Source of the DNA: Acidimicrobiaceae bacterium
GTDB lineage: Bacteria; Actinomycetota; Acidimicrobiia; Acidimicrobiales; JACDCH01
Length of the DNA stretch: 64,000 nucleotides
Direction: 5' to 3'
NCBI GenBank assembly: GCA_041166745.1
Contig: JBEEGH010000006.1
Location: 34,033 to 98,032 of the forward strand
The notes under the pieces are model-generated. The model saw nothing but the letters and a program-made list of their open reading frames with translations, was not told where the DNA came from and made no database searches. Position numbers and translations under genes: made by a program. Each line of letters starts with the position of its first letter. Position 1 is the first letter of the stretch. This document shows positions 37,901 through 44,352 of the stretch, one piece after another.

Positions 37901-38945
37901 CTGGGCTCCACGGCGGCCGACCGATGCCGGCCCTCAGCCGCAGGAAGTCGGCATCCGCCGGCCGCCTTTGCCACAACTTCACGCTGGGCCGCGTGGCGCG
38001 GCGGAGCACCTCGGCCGGGTCGGTCAGTTCGTCCTCCCGCCGGTTCCGTTCGTCGACTGCACGGACCGCGAGGTCGAAACGAAACTGCTGGAGCGCCGCT
38101 GCGAAGGTGCGGCTGTGGCGCCGACGCTCCTTGCGCGACGAACGCTTCGACGCGATCCAGTTGACCATCGCAATGATCGGTCCGAGCGCGGCGAACAGCG
38201 CGAAACGCGGGTTGCCGTAGATGACCACCATGCCGGCACCCATGAGGACCGGTCCGACGATCATCGCGATGCCGAAGGCGCGCGATGACGAGGAGGCCTT
38301 TGGCGCTTCGGGGGCGACGAGAGGCTCGAGCGGACTGGGCAGCGCGGCGCGAGGCGGGCGGTTGAACGGGACGAAGCCGCCAACCGGCAGACCGACCGGT
38401 CGGTCGTCGTCGTGGTCGAGCCGCAGTCGTAGGTGGCTCGCGCCGACGCGAACGAGGGCGTTCGGCGGCAACGGTGTCGACGCCGTCACCGGTACGTCGT
38501 CGATCCACGTGCCGTTCGTGGAACCGAGGTCGGTGATCGTCGCGTTGGCACTGATCGACGCATGGCGGCGCGAGACCGAAGGATCGTCGAGGACGATGTC
38601 GCACGACGCGTCGCGTCCGATGGTGACGTCGTGCTTGTCGATCGGATACGTACGGCCCGCAACCGGACCACCCACCACCGCGAGCACGAGGCCGGTGGCG
38701 CGTGGCCCCGGAGGACGTTCAGCGACGCGACGTGTGATCTCGGCGACGGCCCCCTCGTAGAGGCCCACTTCGTGAAGGCCGATGTCGGGACCGAACCATC
38801 GACCATCGATCCGGAGCCCGAGATCGTCGGACCGGGTGCCGTCGAGGCCCGTCGTGAGGTCGCCGACGCAGGCCTCCGGGTCTTCCATCGTGAGCTCGAC
38901 CTCCGCCGCCGCGCCGCCGTAGGCCAGAACTAGATGCATAGTCAT
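34908..38945 (-). CDS. FHA-domain FtsK/SpoIIIE-family triple ATPase (EssC/EccC-like type VII secretion ATPase)
   Basis: FHA motif TIGRDASCDIVLDDPSVSRRHASI...GSTNGTWID and two TM helices. Three P-loop domains: GGTTGSGKSELL, degenerate GMVGSGTTTAV, and GPPRSGKTSAL. FtsK-type VVVIDEFATMA and LLLATQRP motifs. Start taken at MTMHLVL (38945). Confidence 0.9.
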   Translation of the reverse strand: MTMHLVLAYGGAAAEVELTMEDPEACVGDLTTGLDGTRSDDLGLRIDGRWFGPDIGLHEVGLYEGAVAEITRRVAERPPGPRATGLVLAVVGGPVAGRTYPIDKHDVTIGRDASCDIVLDDPSVSRRHASISANATITDLGSTNGTWIDDVPVTASTPLPPNALVRVGASHLRLRLDHDDDRPVGLPVGGFVPFNRPPRAALPSPLEPLVAPEAPKASSSSRAFGIAMIVGPVLMGAGMVVIYGNPRFALFAALGPIIAMVNWIASKRSSRKERRRHSRTFAAALQQFRFDLAVRAVDERNRREDELTDPAEVLRRATRPSVKLWQRRPADADFLRLRAGIGRPPWSPAVPAGRDAPPPEVRALLDEHDGLPRAPVDVDLSSGGVVGIVGERSMALALARSLVSQAAVHHGPADLGIAVFGAADWDWVKWLPHLEGDALAGEDDDRALLVVVDDVASIKGRRAPVRQLLQRQSGIVIAATEDQLPSMCTSIVVIRDDLGDAELRRPQDRLHIRELFVAGIDDATARECARSLARYEDPELELAGAGLTDVVRLLPLLGIDDPSPAAIREAWRHGEVDPSPSTPIGIGDEGVVHVDLVRDGPHGLVGGTTGSGKSELLRSLVAGMAARVDPEHLVFVLVDYKGGSAFDECSRLPHVVGLVTDLDEQLAERALRSLEAELRHRERTLREAGVPDLPTYLRSGSVRGPLPRLVVVIDEFATMATELPDFLGALVGIAQRGRSLGVHLLLATQRPSGAVNANIKANTNLRIALRVQDASESTDIVDRPSAATISRTTPGRAYLRRGPTDVVLAQTALATSPQRAGRSGPLRVKAFRRGPQADGEQLDDEGPSELTTLVDAIRGAFDGRPLPRRPWLPMLSERIELTDVPAGSPGVVAFAMADEPDQQRQAAVGWAPADGHLALFGMVGSGTTTAVLSVVEALVQTRDAPECHVYAIDYGPNGLAPLRALPHVGAVITANEREAQGRLVRFLRAEVDRRRVTGESLPRIVTCIDGVGAFLAEHEGLDGTEVSDAFRRIFSEGPAVGINFIVTADRMGALPLRLASLVSQKLLFRLADASDYSTLGLRAAQLPRFVPGRAVHSDGNRIVQVGMPSDLSALAAPRVAPSVGTLPTEVSASVLPAARLESPCHIPLGIGDDDLDVTGLCVHDGEHVLITGPPRSGKTSALALMARVIRAADPETVLVGVCEPRSLLHAVDAFDAIGSLAELHHIVRAATTDRRRWFVFVDDAPSVDDGDGVLMAALRSGRPDLHVVAAGRGDDVRAAYGHWLRIVRQSRTGVLLQPDLAADGDLLGVRLPRRLAVPLVPGRGFVVEDGQAALLQLAAAERGTS

Positions 38946-38952
38946 GTTATTT

Positions 38953-38962
38953 AGTGTATTCT
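38953..38962. promoter_or_regulatory. Overlapping divergent TANNNT -10 boxes for apparently leaderless essC-like and kinase transcripts
   Basis: Plus strand TATTCT (38957-38962) lies 8 nt before ATG 38971. Minus strand TACACT (38958-38953) lies 7 nt before ATG 38945. The gap between the two starts is 25 bp and AT-rich. Confidence 0.35.
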
Positions 38963-38970
38963 CATGAACT

Positions 38971-40167
38971 ATGCCTGTCATTGGGCAATACTCGCTCGAG
39001 CAACTGCTCAGCTCGAACGCCGAAGCCAACGTGTGGCGGGGGCGCTGCCATCGTCCGGTCGACCGCTCCGTCGCGGTCAAGCAGGTGCTGCCGCGCGACC
39101 CCGACGACGCCGCCCGCCTGCTCGAGGAGGTCACGACCCTCCTGGCCCTCGATCATCCGCATGTCGTTCGGGTGCTCGAGGTGCTCGACGGCGAGGACGG
39201 CGTCATCGTCGTGATGCAGTACGCCCCGGGTGGTTCGCTGGCGGAGCTTCTCGCCGAGCGCCGATGCCTCGACGCCGGCGAGACCGTGGCGATCGCCGCC
39301 CCGCTCGCGGATGCGCTCGCGTCGGCGCACCGGCATGGCATCGTCCACGGCGATGTGAAGCCCGCGAACGTGCTGTTCACGTCAGACGGCGAGCCGCTCC
39401 TTGCTGACTTCGGGGGTGGCATGCGAGGAACCGACGGCTACATCGCGCCGGAGGTGGCAGCGGGCGCAACGGTCGACGAGCGGGCCGACGTGTACGCGCT
39501 CGGCGTCGTGTGTCGCGAAGCCCTGGGGGGCGACGTACCCGACGAGCTCGCGTCAGTGCTCGATGCCGCGGTCGCGCCGAACCCGAACGATCGGCCGGCG
39601 AACGCAACTGAGCTGGCGCGTCTGCTGCGGGCCGCGGTGCCGGGTGACTCGGTGCGCCTGCCTCGTCCCGCCCTCGGCGCCGCCCGCGTACTCGGACCGC
39701 CGACACGACTGTTCGGACCGCGGCCGCCAGCCCGCAGCATCGCCCGCCGGGCGCGGTCGAAGTCACCGTTGCTGTTGATCCCGCTGTTGCTGCTGGCCGC
39801 GTTCGCATGGGTCCGTCAGGGTTCCGCCCGCCGCACCGCCGAACCGGTCGCGTGTGCCGGCGCGCCGATCCCGGTGCCCGCGGGCGCCCAGATCGTGCGG
39901 GCGGACACCGCGGGCATCGGCTGTCTCGCCACTGGCGTGTACGCGAGCGGCGTGCTCACCATCCGGTTGCAACCGACCGACCCCAGACCACGCCGCTTCG
40001 CGCTCGGGCTTCCCGGCGATCGCATTTTTCTGGGTGATTGGGATTGCGATGGTGCCGCGTCGCCGGCGCTGTTCCGTCCGTCGACCGGCGCGACGCTCTA
40101 CTACGACACGTGGTCGGCGATCGAAACACCGTCAGACAACGCGAATCGCTGTCGTTCGATCGGCTGA
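38971..40167 (+). CDS. Membrane Ser/Thr protein kinase (Hanks type, non-RD, atypical Gly-loop) with extracytoplasmic domain
   Basis: VAVK, HGIVHGDVKPANVLF (HGD instead of HRD), LADFG and GYIAPE. TM SPLLLIPLLLLAAFAW. C-terminal GDWDCDGAASPALF is FG-GAP/VCBS-like. Confidence 0.85.
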   Translation: MPVIGQYSLEQLLSSNAEANVWRGRCHRPVDRSVAVKQVLPRDPDDAARLLEEVTTLLALDHPHVVRVLEVLDGEDGVIVVMQYAPGGSLAELLAERRCLDAGETVAIAAPLADALASAHRHGIVHGDVKPANVLFTSDGEPLLADFGGGMRGTDGYIAPEVAAGATVDERADVYALGVVCREALGGDVPDELASVLDAAVAPNPNDRPANATELARLLRAAVPGDSVRLPRPALGAARVLGPPTRLFGPRPPARSIARRARSKSPLLLIPLLLLAAFAWVRQGSARRTAEPVACAGAPIPVPAGAQIVRADTAGIGCLATGVYASGVLTIRLQPTDPRPRRFALGLPGDRIFLGDWDCDGAASPALFRPSTGATLYYDTWSAIETPSDNANRCRSIG

Positions 40168-40340
40168 CTGCTTGTGGGTGTTCCTGTGGGCATCCGGTGG
40201 ACGAACGTCGAGAAGTGGGGACAACGAAAAAGGTTCGGGGATAACCCTGGGGATCTCGCGTTCTGCTATTGACGTTCGACGCGCGTTGATCGAAAGTCCC
40301 CTTACCGCAGCGATCCGAACGGAACGTGAACGGGAGGAGA

Positions 40341-40690
40341 CCGAAAGCTTCGGCTGACGGAAGATCACCCGGGAGCGAACCACGTAGGAATGTTGCGGGA
40401 GGGCGAGAAGTTCTGCCGCCCGCCTGGAAGAGCGGCTTCGGCCAATCGGAAGGGCGGTCCGCAAGGTGGTGGGGGCAACCCCAAGAACCGGCGGAATGTG
40501 GCTGAACCGCTTCGGCGGAACAGCTGCAAAAGGGCATCGCCCGCCAGAGCCTCGGCTCCGACGGGCGATGTGAGTGATTTGAAGTGAGGGTAACCCCTCA
40601 CCAAGATCGCTTGGCGGACTCTCGACCGACGGGTAGCCCTGGGCTGCGAACGGCTTCGGCCAATCGGAGTGCAGGGCTGCTTGCTTTTTG
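40341..40690 (+). ncRNA. Candidate structured RNA or long attenuator-type leader (unclassified)
   Basis: No credible ORF. Tandem hairpins with UUCG/CUCG/UAAC/AUCG loops. An 18-nt exact repeat CGGCTTCGGCCAATCGGA occurs at 40433-40450 and 40651-40668. The terminal hairpin (40635-40678) is followed by GCTTGCTTTTTG. Confidence 0.3.
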
Positions 40691-40702
40691 CGCCGGGATA
40701 CG

Positions 40703-41773
40703 GTGACCGTCATCGCTGAACCGACCATCGATCCGTGGGCCGCCATCGTCGGCCAAGACTTCGCCGTCACGCAGTTACGCGCCGCGTCGAAGCGTCCGAT
40801 CCACGCGTACTTGCTCGTCGGGCCGCGGGGGAGTGGCAAACGCCAGCTCGCGCGAGCGTTCGCGGCCACGCTGCTCGCGTCGACGTCCGATGACCCCGAT
40901 CGCGCCGTGCGGCTCGTGCTCGCCGGGCGGCATCCGGATCTGCACGAGTTCGAGCGCGCCGGTCCGTACATCACCGTCGAACAGGCCGACGCGATCATCC
41001 GTGAGTCGAGCCGCAGTGGGGTGGAGAGCGACCGCAAGGCGTTGGTGCTCGTCGATTTTCATCTCGTGCAGGCTGCGGTCGAGGGCAAGCTCCTCAAGAG
41101 CATCGAGGAACCGCCGGGCGACACGGTCTTCATCGTGCTGGCCGAGTCGGTGCCCACGTTGCTCGAGCCGATCGCCTCGCGCTGCGTGCGCATCGATGTC
41201 GATCCCCTACCCGACTCGGTCGTCTCGACGGCACTGGTGTCGTCGGGTGTCGACGCAGCTGTGGCCGACGAAGTCGCGATCGCCGCACGGGGTGATCTCG
41301 AACGGGCTCGACTGTTGGCCACCGACCCGCGCTTCTCCTTGCGACGCGCACGATGGCGCACGATTCCGGAGCAGATCGACGGCACGGGTGCCGCGGTCGC
41401 GCGTCTCGTCGCAGAGGTGCGAGCGATGATCGACGACGCCGCCCAGCCGGTACAGGCCCGTCACGCCGAAGAGATCGCCGAGCTCGAGGCGCGCATCGAG
41501 CGTTACGGCGAACGCGGCTCCGGTAAGACGCAGCTCGTCGACCGGCACCGTCGCGAGCTCCGGCGCCACCGCACCGACGAGATCCGCTTCGGGCTTGCCA
41601 CCATGGCGGCCCGCTACCGCGACGAGCTCACGCTGCAGCCGGGGATGGCGATCGACGCGATCGGCGCCATCGAGGACTCGCACAAGTCGATGGAGCGCAA
41701 CCCCAACGAGACGTTGCTGCTGCACGCGCTGCTCCTGCGCCTGCCGGCCATCGCAACTGCCGTGCCGGCCTGA
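40703..41773 (+). CDS. holB: DNA polymerase III subunit delta'
   Basis: HAYLLVGPRGSGKRQLARAFA P-loop, LVLVDFH, and the SIEEPPGDTVFIVLA clamp-loader box. Start is GTG 40703 or TTG 40688. Confidence 0.85.
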   Translation: MTVIAEPTIDPWAAIVGQDFAVTQLRAASKRPIHAYLLVGPRGSGKRQLARAFAATLLASTSDDPDRAVRLVLAGRHPDLHEFERAGPYITVEQADAIIRESSRSGVESDRKALVLVDFHLVQAAVEGKLLKSIEEPPGDTVFIVLAESVPTLLEPIASRCVRIDVDPLPDSVVSTALVSSGVDAAVADEVAIAARGDLERARLLATDPRFSLRRARWRTIPEQIDGTGAAVARLVAEVRAMIDDAAQPVQARHAEEIAELEARIERYGERGSGKTQLVDRHRRELRRHRTDEIRFGLATMAARYRDELTLQPGMAIDAIGAIEDSHKSMERNPNETLLLHALLLRLPAIATAVPA

Positions 41774-41802
41774 CACAGGCTGCTGCTACCTTTTCTCCTC
41801 CC

Positions 41803-41875
41803 GCCCGGGTAGCTCAGACGGCAGAGCAGCTCACTCGTAATGAGCAGGTCAGGAGTTCGATTCTCCTCTCGGGCT
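41803..41875 (+). tRNA. tRNA-Thr: tRNA-Thr (anticodon CGU)
   Basis: Cloverleaf by eye: acceptor GCCCGGG/CTCGGGC (one G-U), D arm GCTC-AGACGGC-AGAGC, anticodon stem-loop AGCTC-ACTCGTAA-TGAGC, and T arm AGGAG-TTCGATT-CTCCT. Confidence 0.9.
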
Positions 41876-41945
41876 CCGAACATTTTTCGTAAGAACACGC
41901 ATCTCCCTGGATCAACCGTGCAGCACGACGATCCGGGAGGACGCA

Positions 41946-42116
41946 ATGGACGCATCACGCACTATCCGCACGCAGGACTCGGGATCTGCCCGCGTCCGTC
42001 TCTCGCTCTGGTTGGCTCAGGCCGACGAACTCCTCGCTGAGCTCGACCGCGAAGACCAGGTGCAGCGGCTGCGAGTACGCCGAGCCCGCGAAGCACGAAG
42101 CGCGGGTCTCCGATGA
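41946..42116 (+). CDS. Hypothetical 56-aa protein (small ORF)
   Basis: Strong RBS GGGAGGACGCA before the ATG. Encodes MDASRTIRTQDSGSARVRLSLWLAQADELLAELDREDQVQRLRVRRAREARSAGLR. Below the ORF-track cutoff, and no homology recognised. Confidence 0.3.
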   Translation: MDASRTIRTQDSGSARVRLSLWLAQADELLAELDREDQVQRLRVRRAREARSAGLR

Positions 42117-42196
42117 GGTTCCTCATCACGGTTCTGCTTCAGGCCCACTACGGCCGTCAGGCTCGCCGCGCTCGCTGAAGGCTCACGTCGAAGGCA

Positions 42197-42236
42197 GGAG
42201 GGCGTCCTCTTCGGAGGGCGCCCTCTTCGCGTTTCC
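42197..42236 (+). terminator. Stem-loop with UUCG tetraloop, weak T-tract
   Basis: GGAGGGCGTCCTC-TTCG-GAGGGCGCCCTCT forms a ~13-bp stem with G-U pairs, followed by TCGCGTTTCC. Confidence 0.45.
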
Positions 42237-42315
42237 GGAGAAATGGCTCCTCGGATCTGTAAGAACCCCGAGCTGCGACGGTCACTCAGGCATCACAACG
42301 ACCCTGGAGGATTCA

Positions 42316-42993
42316 ATGCACAACAAGACCCGGTCATCCGCCCGCTGGTTCATTGCCCTCGGTGTCGCGCTTGCGATGCTCACGGCGCTCGGCGCCGACC
42401 GGCTCGCCGGGTCGCACTCGTCAGCGGTGCCAGCGAGCCGCTCGAGCGCCTCGCAGTCCAAGGCGGGCGCCACCACCACGTCGCCGTCGTCGCCCGCGGC
42501 AACGCCTGCGCCCGCGGAATCGTCCAAGCCCGGTCAGCCCGCGACCTCGAAGCCCGCGACGCCTGCGACACCGACGCCTGCGGCGCCGAACCCCGCGACG
42601 TCGAAGCCTGCGAGTGACACCAAGGCCCCGGCGGACGGAACCAAGCCCAACGCGCCGACGCCGGCCACGACCAATCGTGCCCCGGTGATCTCCGATGTCA
42701 CCGCCAGCGTGCTGGCGTTCGGCCCGAACGCCTGTCCCGACGGACCCAGCTACGGCACGGTCGCCGCCCGAGTGGTCGACGAGGACGGGTTCAAGGCCAC
42801 GCTGCACACGACCGTTGTTGGCCCGAGGCGTGACCAACGTCGCGTCGAGAGCATTCCGATGAGCGTGTTGAACGACGGCCGAGTCGCGACATCGTTCGGC
42901 CCCTACGAGCAGGGCGCGTCGGTCTTCTACTGGGTCGAGGCCATCGACAGCCACGGCGTCAGCGCTCGCACCGCCGAGATGGTCGTCTGCTGA
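42316..42993 (+). CDS. Secreted protein: signal peptide, Pro/Thr/Ala-rich linker, ~105-aa two-Cys C-terminal domain (paralogue family P1)
   Basis: GGAGG RBS and signal RWFIALGVALAMLTALGA. C-terminal NRAPVISDV...C...FGPYEQGASVFYWVEAIDSHG...VVC is shared with the C-termini of the genes at 55046-56767 and 56935-57837. Confidence 0.7.
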   Translation: MHNKTRSSARWFIALGVALAMLTALGADRLAGSHSSAVPASRSSASQSKAGATTTSPSSPAATPAPAESSKPGQPATSKPATPATPTPAAPNPATSKPASDTKAPADGTKPNAPTPATTNRAPVISDVTASVLAFGPNACPDGPSYGTVAARVVDEDGFKATLHTTVVGPRRDQRRVESIPMSVLNDGRVATSFGPYEQGASVFYWVEAIDSHGVSARTAEMVVC

Positions 42994-42994
42994 A

Positions 42995-44260
42995 TCAGAT
43001 GACGTCGATCGCCGCTTCGGTCGGCTGCATGCTGACGTCGAGCTCGACGTCACGCGTGCGCCGGCCTGGCGTCGCGAGTGCCGCCGCGGCCACCACGGTC
43101 ACTGTCCCAGCAAGGCCGAGGCCGGCGCGCGGGTTCCAGTGTTGGCACACCCAACCGACGAACGGTCCGCCCACCACCGTGGTGCCGAGCGTGAGGAAGC
43201 TGTAGATCCCCATCACGCGACCGCGGAAGTGTGGCGCTGACCACATCTGCATGTGGGCGTTGGCCGACGATCCGAAGAACGTGGCCAGTGCTCCGATCGG
43301 GACGAGGGCGATCATGACCATCACCTCGTTCGGCAACAGCGCGGCGACGACCAGCGCGCTGCCCAGCGCCGCGGCTGCGGCCAACACCGTGCGGGTCGAC
43401 TGCCGCGAACGATGGGCGGCGTACAGCGCACCGATGACTGTCCCGATGCCGAGCACCGCCATCAGCAGGCCGGCGAGGCCGGCGCCACCGTGAAACGTGT
43501 CGCTCGCCATCAGCGTGAGCGTCGTCGGGAAGTTGTAGACGAGCGTGCCGACCACACCGACGAGCAGGATCGTCGCCCGGATCTCGGTGATGCTCCACGC
43601 GTAGCGGAGGCCCTCGCGGACACGAGGGCGAGTCGTCGGCCGGTGAAACGTCCGCAGCTCCGACCGGCGCATCGCCGCGAGCGCGGCGACGACCGCAGCG
43701 AAGGTGACGGCGTTCACGAAGAACACCCACGCTTCGCCGACGACCGCGATCAGCAGTCCGGCGATGGCCGGCCCCGTGATGCGCGCCGAGTTGCCGACCG
43801 CGCTGTTGAGCGCGACCGCGTTGGAGAGCCGTTCCCGACCCACCATCTCCTCGACGAACGTGTGATGGGCGGGCTGATCGACGACCGTGACGAGTCCGAG
43901 GCCAACCGCCAGCGCGTAGACCATCCAGACCTGCACGACGTCGGTCAGCACGATGAGCCACAGCACCACCGCGAGGCCGGCGGCGACCGACTGCGTGATG
44001 AGCAGGACGGTCCGGCGGTCGTAGCGATCGACGATCGCTCCTCCCCACAGACCGAGCAGCAGCACCGGCAGGAAGCGGAAGGCGAACGTGGCCCCGACGG
44101 CCGCCCCGTTGCCCGTAAGGGTCAGCACCAGCCAGGCCTCGGCCATGGTCTGCATCCACGACCCGGTGTGCGAGATCAGCTCGCCCGTGAAGAACAGCCG
44201 GTAGTTGTAGGTGTCGAGCGAGCCAAAGGTGCGGCGTAGCGCGGCGCGGGTCGAGGCCAT
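42995..44260 (-). CDS. MFS transporter (EntS/DUF894-like)
   Basis: YRLFFTGELISHTGSWMQ...GGAIVDRYDRR motif and about 12 TM helices. Confidence 0.85.
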   Translation of the reverse strand: MASTRAALRRTFGSLDTYNYRLFFTGELISHTGSWMQTMAEAWLVLTLTGNGAAVGATFAFRFLPVLLLGLWGGAIVDRYDRRTVLLITQSVAAGLAVVLWLIVLTDVVQVWMVYALAVGLGLVTVVDQPAHHTFVEEMVGRERLSNAVALNSAVGNSARITGPAIAGLLIAVVGEAWVFFVNAVTFAAVVAALAAMRRSELRTFHRPTTRPRVREGLRYAWSITEIRATILLVGVVGTLVYNFPTTLTLMASDTFHGGAGLAGLLMAVLGIGTVIGALYAAHRSRQSTRTVLAAAAALGSALVVAALLPNEVMVMIALVPIGALATFFGSSANAHMQMWSAPHFRGRVMGIYSFLTLGTTVVGGPFVGWVCQHWNPRAGLGLAGTVTVVAAAALATPGRRTRDVELDVSMQPTEAAIDVI

Positions 44261-44352
44261 GACTGGACTGAAGGTACCGGTCGCCTTGGGCTGGTCCCCA
44301 GTCGATTCGGCGCACGGCGTAGCGTTCCCGAGCGGTGCGGGCAGAAACAGCG

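Noticed and set aside
38946-39134. 63-codon N-terminal extension of the EssC-like ORF (start at 39134)
   Set aside because: It would overlap the kinase gene antisense and is Ser/Arg-rich. The AT-rich gap and the MTMHLVL start at 38945 are more plausible.
40351-40430. Partial resemblance to a ZTP (pfl) riboswitch: CTGACGGAA ... AACCACGTAGGAA ... GCCGCCCGCCTGG
   Set aside because: The pseudoknot partner would need CCGTC to pair with GACGG, but the sequence has CCGCC (an A-C mismatch). The terminal GGGC of the conserved CCGCCUGGGC is GGAA here. I could not draw a convincing P1, and the downstream gene (holB) is not a purine or folate gene. The match rests on my recollection of consensus sequences, so a cmscan run should settle it.
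40168-40702. RNase P RNA, tmRNA, SRP RNA or 6S RNA in the long non-coding gap
   Set aside because: Only a GAAAGTCC fragment is present. The region lacks GAGGAAAGTCCGGGC and ACAGAA.CCGGCTTA (RNase P), the GGGGCTGA...TCCACCA ends and tag ORF (tmRNA), and GGAAGCAGCC (SRP). It is also too long and too branched for 6S RNA.
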